From the NCBI GenBank assembly GCA_021813655.1, contig JAKAJU010000183.1, positions 1 to 58,386 on the forward strand: a stretch of 58,386 bases of DNA, written 5' to 3'. The notes beneath the pieces were generated by a model that was not told where the DNA came from, did not search any database, and saw only the letters and a program-made list of their open reading frames with translations. Positions 1 through 9,513 of this stretch are shown here, one piece after another. The DNA comes from Chloroflexota bacterium. GTDB taxonomy: Bacteria; Chloroflexota; Limnocylindria; Limnocylindrales; CSP1-4. Position 1 is the stretch's first letter. Each line of letters opens with the position of its first letter. Position numbers and translations under genes: made by a program.

Positions 1-459
1 GGCGTCGATCCGGGCGCGGTCGGCCGCTTCTCGCGCGGCGTCGCTCGCGCGGCGGCTCGAGGCGAGTGCGGCGAGACGGGCGCGCCGCATCGCGGCGACA
101 CCGGCGACCGGCTCGGCGGCGCGGATGAGGACCGCTGCGGCCGTCCCGTCGACACCGCAGACCACGTTGAGGCAGAGATGCATGCCGTAGACACGATAGA
201 CGTAGGCGTGCCCGGCCGGCCCGAACATGGGGGCGTTGCGGGGCGTCCTGCCGGTCCGGGCATGGGACGCACGGTCCTCCGGTCCCGCGTACGCCTCGAC
301 CTCAACGATGCGGACGACGCGCGACTCGGCCGCGTCGACGCGCACGAGCAGGGCCCCGAGCAGGCGACGCGCAGCCTCGGGCGCGTCGACTGCGAGGAGG
401 GCGCGCGGGAAGGTCGAGAGGGCGTCCTGGGCCGCGACGCCGTGCGGGCGCGGGCTCAG
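1..459 (-). CDS. mpg: DNA-3-methyladenine glycosylase (MPG/AAG family), runs off window edge
   Basis: Manual minus-strand translation gives [18 protein letters not shown]...[27 protein letters not shown]...AVLIRAAEP, the MPG family signature. Start is uncertain (CTG at 459 overlapping the cvpA stop). Confidence 0.9.
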   Translation of the reverse strand, partial: MSPRPHGVAAQDALSTFPRALLAVDAPEAARRLLGALLVRVDAAESRVVRIVEVEAYAGPEDRASHARTGRTPRNAPMFGPAGHAYVYRVYGMHLCLNVVCGVDGTAAAVLIRAAEPVAGVAAMRRARLAALASSRRASDAAREAADRARIDA

Positions 460-1028
460 TGGACGAGCAGGACGCGGAGCGAGTCGGGGATGAGCGGGCC
501 GGTGCTCGCGATGAAGACCGGGATGAGGGTGTCGACGGCGACCCGGCCCATGGTGGAGATGGCGATGTCGGTGTAGATGGTGCGGAGCCACGGGTATTCG
601 TTCGGGTCGTAGTGGAGCCCGGGCGCGCCGAAGTACGACGCGAGGATGACCGCCCCGATCCCGAGGATGAGCGTGACTTCGACGACCCCCAGGACGCCGC
701 CGAGGATCTCGTCCACCCACTCCTTGTCCTCGACGACGGGGGCTCGACGGTAGGAGCCCTGGATGAGGACCGACAAGAAGATGAAGAGGACGATGAAGAG
801 CCCGCCGAAGGCGAGCATCGTCACGTACTCGGCCGTGTACTGCGTCCAGTTCGCCGCGAGGATCTCGCCGACGGGAACGCGCAGGTTCGCCGCGAGGATG
901 AACGCGATCATCGTGGCGGCGATGCCGAGCAGGCGACGGACGACGCCCTGGATGAAGCCGACGATGAATCCGGCGATCAGGACCGCGATGAAGAGCAGAT
1001 CGAAGATCGCGATCCCGTACTGGGTCAC
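456..1028 (-). CDS. CvpA (colicin V production) family membrane protein
   Basis: Four hydrophobic segments, N-terminal '[19 protein letters not shown]' and 'DEILGGVLG' motifs; GTG start with GGAGG upstream. Confidence 0.8.
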   Translation of the reverse strand: MTQYGIAIFDLLFIAVLIAGFIVGFIQGVVRRLLGIAATMIAFILAANLRVPVGEILAANWTQYTAEYVTMLAFGGLFIVLFIFLSVLIQGSYRRAPVVEDKEWVDEILGGVLGVVEVTLILGIGAVILASYFGAPGLHYDPNEYPWLRTIYTDIAISTMGRVAVDTLIPVFIASTGPLIPDSLRVLLVH

Positions 1029-1164
1029 CGTCGCGCCTCCCCCGCCGTCCCGGCCATGCGTCCTGCCGCCGCGGCGAGGATAGCACCGGCCGGCGGGCGT
1101 CCCCGGCCGGCGGGCGCGGGGCGCCACGAGCGCACGTCGTCCACGGCGTCCCCCATCTGTCGCG

Positions 1165-3699
1165 TCAGGTCCTGATCCGGCCTCCGAGCTCGGCGGCGAG
1201 CGCGTCCGTCACCGTGGCCACGACCCCGTCGACCTCCGCGTCCGTCAGCGTCCGGTCCGCCGCCTGGAGGACGAGGTGGATCGCGAGACTCCGCTCGTCG
1301 GGGGCGAGGGGCGCCCCCTGGTAGACGTCGAAGAGGCGAAGATCCTGGAGCAGATCGCCGGCGGCACGGCCGGCCGTCGCCAGGACCGCCGCGGCGGTCA
1401 CGCCGTCGCCCACGACGACGGCGAGGTCGCGTTCCACGGACTGGAAGCGCGGCAGTGCTCGGGCGCGTGGCGCGGCGAGGGACCCGCCCGCGAGGCCGGC
1501 GATCGCGAGCTCCGCCACGAGGACGCGGGGAGCGCGGACCTCCCACGCCGCGGCGACGGCCGGGTGGAGCTCCGCGACGTGGCCGGAGAGTGCGAGGTCG
1601 CCGGGAGCGGTGACCAGCCCGACGGCGCGCGGGCCGCCGGACTCCGGGAGCACCGCCCGGACGCGCGCCGCGCGCCCGGGGTGGAAGGGGTTCCCGCGGC
1701 GGTCTGCCGTGAAGGCGACGCGCCCGAGGCCCAGGCGCTCGGCGACGAGCTCGACCACGGCCTTCGCGTCGTCGAGGTCGGCCGGGCGCGCGGGACGGTT
1801 CCAGGCCGGCGGGTCGGCGGGCCCGGCGAGCAGGAACGCGAGCCGCCACCACTCCCGGGCGCGTCCTCCTTCGGCCGCATAGCCCTTCCCCGCCTCGAAG
1901 ATCGCGACGCGCTCCGCGCCGTGGCGCTCGTTCGCCGCGAGGATCTCGAGCAGGCTGGCGGGCAGGTGCTGGCGGAGAACGGAGTGCTGCTGGGAGAGCG
2001 GGTTGCGGACGGTGATGACGGTCCCGCCGGAGGGCTCCTCCCCGCTCGGGATCTCCGCGTCGTCGGGCCACGGGAAGTCAGCGGCCGACCGCGGGGAGAC
2101 GAGCGCGTGGGTGAGGACCTCGGTGAGGCCGGCGCCGACGAGAGCCTCCCGGACCGCGTCGCGCACGCCGAGCGGCGACGGCCGGAACGACGGCATGAGC
2201 GTCTCGGGCGTGCGCGTGGGCACCGTGTCGTAGCCGCCGACGCGCGCGATCTCCTCCGCGACATCCGCCTCGATGACGATGTCGCGGCGCCACGTGGGCA
2301 CGGACGCGACGAGCGTATCGACGCCGGGCTCGACGATGAGCGGGTCCGTCCCGATCGCCACGACGACCGGCGTGCCGGCGGGAGCCACCTCGGTGCCCAC
2401 GCCGACGCGCGCGAGCAGCGCGCGCTGCTCGTCGGCGGCCCGGGCCGTCCCGAGGAGTCGCTCGATCCGCGACGGCCTGAACGCGACGCGCGACGGGCCC
2501 GGCTCGCGCGGGTCCGTGTCCACGCGGCCGCGAAGGACCGAGCCACCGGACCACGCCACGATGAGCGATGCGACCCGGTCCGCCCCGACGCGTGCCGCCG
2601 GGACGTCCTGGCCCTTCTCGAACCGCAGGCTCGCCTCGGACCGGAGCGCGTACCGCTGACCGGTGCGGCGGATGCTCACGGGGTCGAAGATCGCCGACTC
2701 GACGATGACGTCCGTCGTGTCGTCGGCGACCTCGGACCCGGCCCCGCCCATGACGCCCGCGATCCCGATCGGCCCGGTGGGGTCGGCGATGATGAGCGTC
2801 TCGGGATCGAGTTCGCGCACGACGTGGTCGAGGGTCTCGAGTCGCTCACCGTGCCGCGCGAGGCGGACGACGATCGTCCCGTCGCGTACGGCACGGGCGT
2901 CGAAGGCGTGGGTCGGCTTGCCGAGCTCGAGCATGACGTAGTTGGACGCGTCCACGACGTTGCTGACCGGGCGCATTCCCGCGGCCCTCAGGCGCATCTG
3001 GACGAGGTCCGGCGACGGGCCCACCCGGACGCCGGTCACCCAGCGCCCGACGAAGCGGGTGCAGAGCCCGGGCTCGTCGACGATCACGCGGAGCCGATCG
3101 GCCACGCCGGGGTCCGTCTCCACGATCTCCACCGTCGGGTGGCGGACGGGCGCTCCGGTCACCGCGGAGACCTCGCGGGCGAGGCCGATGAGGCTGAGCG
3201 CGTCGCCGCGGTTCGGCTTGACGTCGACGTCGAGCACGATGTCGCCGTAGAGGTCGGACAGGTCGACGCCGAGGGGTGTCTCGGGCGGCAGGATGAGGAT
3301 CCCGTCCGCGTCGGTCGTCAGCTGGAGCTCGTCGCCCGAGCAGAGCATCCCCTCGCTCGCGATGCCCATCTTCTCGGTGCGCTCGATCCGTCGGTCACCC
3401 GGGAGGACCGCGCCGGGGAGGGCCACCGGGACGCGCTGGCCGGGGGCGATGTTCGTCGCGCCGCACACGATGCGGAGGGGCTCGCCGGACCCGATGGTGA
3501 CCGTCGTGAGCGAGAGGCGGTCCGCCCGCGGGTGTCGTTCGACCGTCAGGAGCTCGCCGACGACGACGGAGCGCCACGCGGCTCCCCACCGCTCGATCGC
3601 CTCGACCTCCATCCCGAGGAGGGTGAGCCGCTCGGCGAGGACCGCCAGGTCGACGTCGACGTCGACGTAGTCGCGGAGCCAGGAGAGCGGGACCCTCAT
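1165..3699 (-). CDS. pheT: phenylalanine--tRNA ligase beta subunit
   Basis: MRVPLSWLRDYV start, IVCGATNI, SEGMLCS, PNRGDALS, RFEKG, C-terminal FDX-ACB (RLFDVYQG); ATGA overlap with pheS. Confidence 0.97.
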   Translation of the reverse strand: MRVPLSWLRDYVDVDVDLAVLAERLTLLGMEVEAIERWGAAWRSVVVGELLTVERHPRADRLSLTTVTIGSGEPLRIVCGATNIAPGQRVPVALPGAVLPGDRRIERTEKMGIASEGMLCSGDELQLTTDADGILILPPETPLGVDLSDLYGDIVLDVDVKPNRGDALSLIGLAREVSAVTGAPVRHPTVEIVETDPGVADRLRVIVDEPGLCTRFVGRWVTGVRVGPSPDLVQMRLRAAGMRPVSNVVDASNYVMLELGKPTHAFDARAVRDGTIVVRLARHGERLETLDHVVRELDPETLIIADPTGPIGIAGVMGGAGSEVADDTTDVIVESAIFDPVSIRRTGQRYALRSEASLRFEKGQDVPAARVGADRVASLIVAWSGGSVLRGRVDTDPREPGPSRVAFRPSRIERLLGTARAADEQRALLARVGVGTEVAPAGTPVVVAIGTDPLIVEPGVDTLVASVPTWRRDIVIEADVAEEIARVGGYDTVPTRTPETLMPSFRPSPLGVRDAVREALVGAGLTEVLTHALVSPRSAADFPWPDDAEIPSGEEPSGGTVITVRNPLSQQHSVLRQHLPASLLEILAANERHGAERVAIFEAGKGYAAEGGRAREWWRLAFLLAGPADPPAWNRPARPADLDDAKAVVELVAERLGLGRVAFTADRRGNPFHPGRAARVRAVLPESGGPRAVGLVTAPGDLALSGHVAELHPAVAAAWEVRAPRVLVAELAIAGLAGGSLAAPRARALPRFQSVERDLAVVVGDGVTAAAVLATAGRAAGDLLQDLRLFDVYQGAPLAPDERSLAIHLVLQAADRTLTDAEVDGVVATVTDALAAELGGRIRT

Positions 3700-4736
3700 C
3701 GGAACTGCTCCAGGAAGCGAAGGTCGTTCTCCATGAAGAGGCGGAGGTCGTGGACGCCGTGGCGCAGCATCGCGATCCGCTCCACGCCCATCCCGAACGC
3801 GAAGCCCTGGTACCGCTCCGGGTCGATGCCGCCGTTGCGGAGGACGACCGGGTGGACCATGCCGGCGCCCAGGATGGTCATCCAGCCGGTCCGGCCGCAC
3901 GCCGGGCACCCCGAGCCATCGCAGACGACACATCCGACGTCGAACGCGACCGACGGCTCCGTGAACGGGTAGTAGCCCGGGCGGAAGCGGGTCGCCCGCC
4001 CGACCCCGAAGAGCGCGTGGCCGAACTCCTCGAGGAGGCCCTTCAGATCAGCGAGGCTCGTCCCCTCGTCCACCATGAGCCCCTCGACCTGGAAGAATTC
4101 GAACCCGTGGCTCGCGTCGACCGCCTCGTAGCGGAAGCAGCGTCCCGGCAGCAGCGCACGGATCGGCGGGCGCGTCTCGCGCATGACGCGGATCTGGCCG
4201 GGCGACGTGTGCGTGCGCAGGAGGTGGTCCGGGATGTCCACGTAGAGCGTGTCCCAGAGGTCGCGCGCCGGGTGATCCGCGGGGATGTTGAGCATCTGGA
4301 AGTTGGTGACGTCGTCCTCGACCTCCGGGCCCTCGTAGACGACGAACCCGAACCGGCCGAAGACCTCGTCGATCGCCGCGATCGTCTCGGCGATCGGGTG
4401 GCGCGTTCCGCGCGCGATCCGGCGGCCCGGCGTCGTGACGTCGACGGCCTCGGCGGCGAGGCGTGCGATGAGGGCCGCGCCGCGCAGGTCCCGGCTTCGC
4501 TCGCTCACCGCGGCCTCGACGGCCTCGCGGACCTCGTTGCCGACCGCGCCCATCCGAGGACGGTCCTCGGCGGGCAGGCGCCCGATCCCGCGGAGGAGCT
4601 CCGTGATGGCGCCCTTGCGGCCGAGGAACGCGAGCTGGGCCGCGTCGAGCGCTGCCGGGTCGGCGGCGGTCGCCACGGCGTCGAGCGCGTCCGATCGGAG
4701 GCGCTCGAGCTGCGCGGTCATCGTCCCGAGGTCCAC
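3696..4736 (-). CDS. pheS: phenylalanine--tRNA ligase alpha subunit
   Basis: HPARDLWDT, LLRTHTSPGQIR, YPFTEPS, GFAFGMGVERIAM motifs. Confidence 0.98.
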   Translation of the reverse strand: MDLGTMTAQLERLRSDALDAVATAADPAALDAAQLAFLGRKGAITELLRGIGRLPAEDRPRMGAVGNEVREAVEAAVSERSRDLRGAALIARLAAEAVDVTTPGRRIARGTRHPIAETIAAIDEVFGRFGFVVYEGPEVEDDVTNFQMLNIPADHPARDLWDTLYVDIPDHLLRTHTSPGQIRVMRETRPPIRALLPGRCFRYEAVDASHGFEFFQVEGLMVDEGTSLADLKGLLEEFGHALFGVGRATRFRPGYYPFTEPSVAFDVGCVVCDGSGCPACGRTGWMTILGAGMVHPVVLRNGGIDPERYQGFAFGMGVERIAMLRHGVHDLRLFMENDLRFLEQFR

Positions 4737-4850
4737 GGTGCTGGCTCTCTCCTGCGCGTGGGGCTGGCGTGCCGGGAATGCCGAGCCCCCGCCGGCCGCG
4801 TCGGGGGCGAGGGCTCGAAGGTCGCGGAGACGGACCCGGAGTCGGGCCGG

Positions 4851-5201
4851 TCAGGCGCTCTTCGCGGCCTCGGCGATCTGCGCGAAGGTGGCGGTGTCGC
4901 GGACGGCGAGATCCGCGAGGATCTTGCGGTCGAGGGCGATGTCCGCCTTCTTCAGGCCGGCGATGAGCTTGCCGTACGTCGTGCCGTTCTGGCGCGCGCC
5001 GGCGTTGATGCGGATGATCCAGAGCTCGCGCATCTGGCGCTTGCGCTGCTTCCTGTCGCGGGTCGCGTAGGCCATCGCGTGGAGCAGCGCCTCGCGCGCC
5101 GGCTTGACCAGCGTGGATCGTGTCCCGCGACGCCCCTCGGCGTCCTGGAGGAGCCTCTTGTGTCGCTTGTGGGCGGTGACGCCCCGCTTGACGCGTGCCA
5201 T
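4851..5201 (-). CDS. rplT: 50S ribosomal protein L20
   Basis: MARVKRG..., [18 protein letters not shown]; position in infC-rpmI-rplT. Confidence 0.98.
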   Translation of the reverse strand: MARVKRGVTAHKRHKRLLQDAEGRRGTRSTLVKPAREALLHAMAYATRDRKQRKRQMRELWIIRINAGARQNGTTYGKLIAGLKKADIALDRKILADLAVRDTATFAQIAEAAKSA

Positions 5202-5216
5202 CTGCGGGTGGTGCTC

Positions 5217-5414
5217 CTACAGGTACGGGAGGAGGCGGCGGACCTGCTCGCGGTGGCCGGGTCCGATGACCTCCTTGCCCGCGTAGCGCCGGGTCCGGCG
5301 CGAGCTCTTGATCTCGAGATGGTGGCCGCGCCACGAGAGGACCCGGATCGGCTTCCCGCTCCCGGTCTTCCCGATGCGCTTCTGCGCGGCCTTATGGCTC
5401 TTCATCTTCGGCAC
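5217..5414 (-). CDS. rpmI: 50S ribosomal protein L35
   Basis: MPKMKSHK...KTGSGK...LLPYL, 65 aa basic protein between infC and rplT. Confidence 0.96.
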   Translation of the reverse strand: MPKMKSHKAAQKRIGKTGSGKPIRVLSWRGHHLEIKSSRRTRRYAGKEVIGPGHREQVRRLLPYL

Positions 5415-5421
5415 GGTGGCC

Positions 5422-6087
5422 TCACTCTCCCGTCACCGCCGGCTCGGCCACCGCCGGGGCCGGGGCCGACTGGGCCGGCGCCCCGACCGCGGCGGCCGCG
5501 GCTGCCGCCGCTGCTGGAGTCGGCTCTGTCGACGCGACCGGCGCCGTCGCTGCGGCCCCGGGCTCGCGTGTCTTCGGCTTGTGGCTCGAGGCGATGACGA
5601 TGTGCATCGCCCGCCCCTCGAGCAGTGGCGCCCTCTCGAGCACCCCGTGGTCCTTGACTCGGTCGGTGAACTTCGCGAGGAGGTTCCGGCCGATCTCCGG
5701 GTGCGTGAGCTCGCGTCCGCGAAACTGGACCGTCACCTTGATGCGATCGCCTTCCTCGAGGAACTGGATCGCGCGGTGGACCTTCGTGTCGAAGTCGCCG
5801 GTCCCGATCTTGGGCTTGAGCCGGATCTCCTTGAACTCGACCGAGCGCGAGCGACGCTTCGCTTCCTTCTCGCGCTTCGCGAGCTCGTACTTGTACTGTC
5901 CGAAGTCGAGGAGCTTCACGACCGGCGGCGACGCCGTCGGCGCGACCTCCACGAGGTCGTAGCCGCGTTCCTGCGCCAGCCGGAGGGCCTCGCCCGTGGG
6001 CATGACCCCGAGCTGGGCACCGTCCTCGTCCACCACCCGCACCTGCGGGACGCGGATCATGTGGTTGACACGCAGGTCTCGGCTCAG
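5422..6087 (-). CDS. infC: translation initiation factor IF-3 (probable CTG start)
   Basis: RVNHMIRVPQVRVV, DLVEVAP, PPVVKLLDFGQYKYE, KEIRLKP, FRGRE. Family similarity begins right after an in-frame CTG at 6087 preceded by AAGGGG. Confidence 0.95.
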   Translation of the reverse strand: MSRDLRVNHMIRVPQVRVVDEDGAQLGVMPTGEALRLAQERGYDLVEVAPTASPPVVKLLDFGQYKYELAKREKEAKRRSRSVEFKEIRLKPKIGTGDFDTKVHRAIQFLEEGDRIKVTVQFRGRELTHPEIGRNLLAKFTDRVKDHGVLERAPLLEGRAMHIVIASSHKPKTREPGAAATAPVASTEPTPAAAAAAAAAVGAPAQSAPAPAVAEPAVTGE

Positions 6088-6167
6088 GTTCGACCCCTTC
6101 GTACGTGCTCCGCGGACGCCCGGATGGCCTCCGGGCATGCGTCATCCCGGGCCTCGGCGCCCGCGGG

Positions 6168-6197
6168 ACTATACCATGCGCTCGCGCCGCCAGACAA
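6168..6197 (-). promoter_or_regulatory. sigma70-type promoter of infC operon
   Basis: TTGTCT-18 nt-TATAGT with extended TGn immediately before the -10. Confidence 0.6.
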
Positions 6198-6231
6198 TCG
6201 CGTGACGCATCTCGCCCCCCTCGGGCGCCGA

Positions 6232-8082
6232 TCAGACGACACGGTCCCGGACCTCGGCGACCAGGCGCTCCGCGAGGTCGTCCCACCCGACGCCCGGCTC
6301 CTGCGCGCCCGAGCGCGACCGGAGCGCGACGGTCCGCGTCGTGAGCTCGCGATCGCCCAGGACGAGCATGTAGGGGACCTTCTGCTCCTGGGCGAGACGG
6401 ATCTTGTTCTGCATCCGGTTGTCGGAGTCATCGACCTCCACGCGGAGGCCTCGCGCTCGCAGGAGGGCTGCGAGGTCGTTCGCGCCGGCCACATGGCGGT
6501 CGGCGATCGGGACGACCACCGCCTGCACCGGCGCGCACCAGATGGGGAACGCGCCGGCGAAGTGCTCGGTCAGGACGCCGATGAACCGCTCGAGCGAGCC
6601 GTAGATCGCCCGGTGGATCGCGACGGGCCTCTGCTGGCGGCCCTCCTCGTCGATGTACCAGAGGTCGAACCGCTCCGGGAGCATGACCCGGTCGACCTGG
6701 ATGGTCGCCGTCTGCCATTCGCGACCCAGCGCGTCCTCGATCTGGATGTCGATCTTCGGCGCGTAGAACGCGCCGTCCCCGGGCTTCTCGCGGTAGGCGA
6801 GGCCGGATCGCTCGAGCTCGCGCCGCATGAGCGCCTCGGTCTGCTCCCAGACGGCCGGGTCCCCGAGCGCCTTGTCCGGCCGCGTCCCGAAGGTCAGCTT
6901 CGGCTCAAGGCCGAACCACGAGTACGCCTCGCGGACCTCGCCCATGAGTCCCTCGATCTCGGCCCCGATCTGGTCGGGACGCACGTAGATGTGGGCGTCG
7001 TCGGTGACGAAGTGCCGGACCCGGGTCAGGCCGGACAGCACGCCCGACAGCTCGTTGCGATGGAGGACCCCGTACTCGGCGAGTCGGAGCGGCAGGTCGC
7101 GATACGAGCGGACCCGGCTCCGGTAGATGTACGTCGACTCCGGGCAGTTCATCGGCTTGAGGCTGAACGTCTGCTCCTCGGCCTCGACAAGGAACATGTT
7201 GTCGCGGTAGTGCTCCCAGTGGCCCGAGCGCTCCCAGAGCTTCTGGTGCACGAGCGGTGGCGTGTAGACCTCCTGGTAGCCGCGACGCGCCTGGATCTCG
7301 CGCATGCCCTCCCGAAGCGCCTGGTAGAGCGTCCAGCCCTTCGGATGCCAGAACGCGGCGCCCGGTGCCACGTCATGGAAGCTGAAGAGGTCGAGCGCGA
7401 CGCCGAGGCGGCGGTGGTCACGCTTCTTCGCCTCCTCCCGTCGCCAGAGGTAGCGGTCGAGGTCCTCCTGGGTCGACCAGACGGTGCCGTAGATGCGCTG
7501 GAGCATCGGCCGGGCCTGGTCGCCGCGCCAGTAGGCTCCCGCGATCGCCAGGAGCTTGAACGGCCCGATCCTGCCCGTGCTCGCAACGTGGGGGCCCTTG
7601 CACAGGTCCGTGAAGGGTCCGTGCTCGTAGAAGGTCGTCTCGGGTGGGGGTGTGCCGTCGGCGCGTGCCCGCGACGCCAGGTCGTCGAGGATCTCGATCT
7701 TGTAGAGCTGACCCCTGCCCTCGACGAGCGCCCGCGCGTCGTCGAAGGGGACCTCGCGCCGGACGAACGGGTGGTCGGCCGCCACGCTCATGCGCATCCG
7801 CTCCTCGATCGCCGAGAGGTCGTCGGGCGTGAGGGGTCGCGGGAGGTCGAAGTCGTAGTAGAAGCCGTCCTCGATCGCCGGGCCGATCCCGAGCCGGGCA
7901 TCGGGGAAGAGGTCGAGGACCGCCTCGGCCATGACGTGCGCTGTCGAGTGGCGCATCGCGTCGAGGTCGGAGTGCGCGCCGGCGTCGAGGAGCTCGTCGG
8001 CCGAGCCCCGTGCGGGTGCGGGCGGGAGGATCTCCTCCGCCTCGGCTCCCCCACCCTGTCCTGCAGTCTGCGCGCCCGCCAT
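6232..8082 (-). CDS. thrS: threonine--tRNA ligase
   Basis: MRHSTAHVMAEAV, DLCKGPH, RDHRRLG, LKPMNCP, AFYAPKID, HRAIYGSLERF; lacks the N-terminal TGS domain. Confidence 0.98.
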   Translation of the reverse strand: MAGAQTAGQGGGAEAEEILPPAPARGSADELLDAGAHSDLDAMRHSTAHVMAEAVLDLFPDARLGIGPAIEDGFYYDFDLPRPLTPDDLSAIEERMRMSVAADHPFVRREVPFDDARALVEGRGQLYKIEILDDLASRARADGTPPPETTFYEHGPFTDLCKGPHVASTGRIGPFKLLAIAGAYWRGDQARPMLQRIYGTVWSTQEDLDRYLWRREEAKKRDHRRLGVALDLFSFHDVAPGAAFWHPKGWTLYQALREGMREIQARRGYQEVYTPPLVHQKLWERSGHWEHYRDNMFLVEAEEQTFSLKPMNCPESTYIYRSRVRSYRDLPLRLAEYGVLHRNELSGVLSGLTRVRHFVTDDAHIYVRPDQIGAEIEGLMGEVREAYSWFGLEPKLTFGTRPDKALGDPAVWEQTEALMRRELERSGLAYREKPGDGAFYAPKIDIQIEDALGREWQTATIQVDRVMLPERFDLWYIDEEGRQQRPVAIHRAIYGSLERFIGVLTEHFAGAFPIWCAPVQAVVVPIADRHVAGANDLAALLRARGLRVEVDDSDNRMQNKIRLAQEQKVPYMLVLGDRELTTRTVALRSRSGAQEPGVGWDDLAERLVAEVRDRVV

Positions 8083-8099
8083 GTCGACCTCCAGAGAAA

Positions 8100-8330
8100 C
8101 GATGACGCCCCTCGTCCCGACAGGACGAGAGGCGTGCCTCCCGCGGTCCCACCCGCCTTCGCGCCCGCCGCAGCGAACCGCGCTCTCGTGCCGCGCTAAC
8201 GGGCGGACCCGGGCCGGTTCACCGGCCGCTCACGGGTGGTGCCGGGCCGGCGGTCCGCCGTCGCGGCTCTCAGCCTTGGGTCGCGACTCTCTGGGGCGCC
8301 GTGCCGGCGGGCATGTCCCGCTCGACGCGT
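8100..8330 (-). ncRNA. T-box riboswitch (Thr specifier ACC) upstream of thrS
   Basis: Minus strand shows CAGAGA and GGCTGAGAG stem I motifs, GGCACCACCCGTGA specifier region with ACC, CCCGTTA box, T-box AAGGCGGGTGGGACCGCG, then hairpin CCTCTCGTCC...GGACGAGGGG. Confidence 0.9.
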
Positions 8331-8338
8331 TCGGATGA

Positions 8339-8415
8339 TGGTGGGCGGTAGAGGACTTGAACCTCTGACCTCATGCATGTCAAGCATGCGCTCTAACCAA
8401 CTGAGCTAACCGCCC
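8339..8415 (-). tRNA. tRNA-Val(GAC)
   Basis: GGGCGGTTAGCTCAGTTGGTTAGAGCG-CATGC-TTGACAT-GCATG...GGTTCAAGTCC...ACCA; full cloverleaf with encoded CCA. Confidence 0.97.
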
Positions 8416-8505
8416 GATGCGGACGGCAGGATACCACCGAGCGGCGGACTTCGGCGGGGCGCCGAGAGCCGTCGGCATGACGGCCCCGGGCGTCATGACC
8501 GCGCG

Positions 8506-9174
8506 CTACGGCGCGATCGGCGCCACCTCGATCGCCGTCAGGGTCGACGTGCCCGCCCTCGCCGGCTGCGCCACGGTGTCGGAGCAGCGGAGCTCGACCG
8601 AATCCCCGGCGCCGAACGTGTGCACGCCCTGCATCGTGATCTGCGTGGTCGAGCCGTTGTCGGTCACCGCGGCGAGGATCGAGCCGTCCCCCACGCTGGT
8701 CCCGGCCTGCAGCCAGCAGTCGGCCACGATTCCGGCAGGCCCAGCCCCGACGTCCGACGAGATCGAGACGATCGCGGTGAGGAGGAACGTCCCGGCGGGC
8801 AGGCTCATCGTCCCGAGAAGATCGCCGGCGAAGAGGCTCGTCAGCGAGCCGAAGGACGGGAAGGAGGCGGACGCGGCCCGCGCCGGCCCGGTAGCGCCGG
8901 TCGCTCCCGTGGGGCCGGTGGGCCCGGTAGCGCCGGTCGCTCCCGTGGGGCCGGTGGGCCCGGGAACGGCCACGGTGCCCCAGTAGACGAGCCGGCCGCC
9001 CCCGGGGAGCCTGCACTGCGCGACATCGCTCATCCGGACGTTGCCGTAGGCGTCGTAGCAGGCGTACAGGGTGGCCGGGTTGGATGCGGCGAAGGCGCCG
9101 CCTGCCGCGACCGCGATGAGGGCGAACGCCGCGACCCCCACGGCGAGCGCGCGGAATCTCCCCAACCAGCGCAT
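8506..9174 (-). CDS. secreted hypothetical protein with short collagen-like (Gly-X-Thr) repeat
   Basis: Signal peptide (MRWLGRFR-hydrophobic-AFA), Cys-containing N-domain (LYACY...QC), (GPTGPTGATGAT)x2, beta-rich C-terminus; GGAGGGG SD. Confidence 0.75.
   Translation of the reverse strand: MRWLGRFRALAVGVAAFALIAVAAGGAFAASNPATLYACYDAYGNVRMSDVAQCRLPGGGRLVYWGTVAVPGPTGPTGATGATGPTGPTGATGATGPARAASASFPSFGSLTSLFAGDLLGTMSLPAGTFLLTAIVSISSDVGAGPAGIVADCWLQAGTSVGDGSILAAVTDNGSTTQITMQGVHTFGAGDSVELRCSDTVAQPARAGTSTLTAIEVAPIAP
8885..8963. repeat. perfect 36-bp tandem repeat x2.2 encoding the collagen-like segment
   Basis: ggcccggtagcgccggtcgctcccgtggggccggtg at 8885-8920 and 8921-8956, plus a partial copy. 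Confidence 0.95.
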
Positions 9175-9369
9175 GGCGACTGCCCCTCCGAGTCGCCACG
9201 CGAGGGCCAACCAGCTTCGGCCACGGATCCGCGCGCCGACGTTCGGCCGAGTGTCCGGTGGGTTGCAGGGTGTGTCAAGTGCCCGACGGCTTCCCGCTCG
9301 GTCGCGAGCCCTGAGCGCTCGTGCGAGGCCTGGCGCCTCGGGACCCGTCTCGGCGCCCCTCGCCCCCGA

Positions 9370-9513
9370 CTACGTGCCCGGCTCCTCGGCGCTGGTCACG
9401 TCCGCCACCCCGGCCCCGAGCACCCGGATCAGGTCGGCCGGCACGAGGTGGACGTTGACGCCGCGGGCGCCGCCCCCGATCGCGACCAGCGGACGCTCGA
9501 GCATCGAGGCGTC
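9370..9513 (-). pseudogene. 3' remnant of a YbaK/EbsC (aminoacyl-tRNA deacylase) gene
   Basis: DASMLERPLVAIGGGARGVNVHLVPADLIRVLGAGVADV resembles the YbaK C-terminus; no recognisable N-terminal two-thirds upstream. Confidence 0.6.

Noticed and set aside
1276-8199. Very long plus-strand ORFs (898, 615, 963 aa) antisense to pheT, pheS and thrS; similar ones throughout the window
   Set aside because: Shadow ORFs caused by high GC and codon bias of the real genes; no motifs, repetitive R/V/D/A composition.
8885-8963. 36-bp repeat as a CRISPR array
   Set aside because: Copies are adjacent with no spacers, lie in frame in a CDS, and no cas genes are present.
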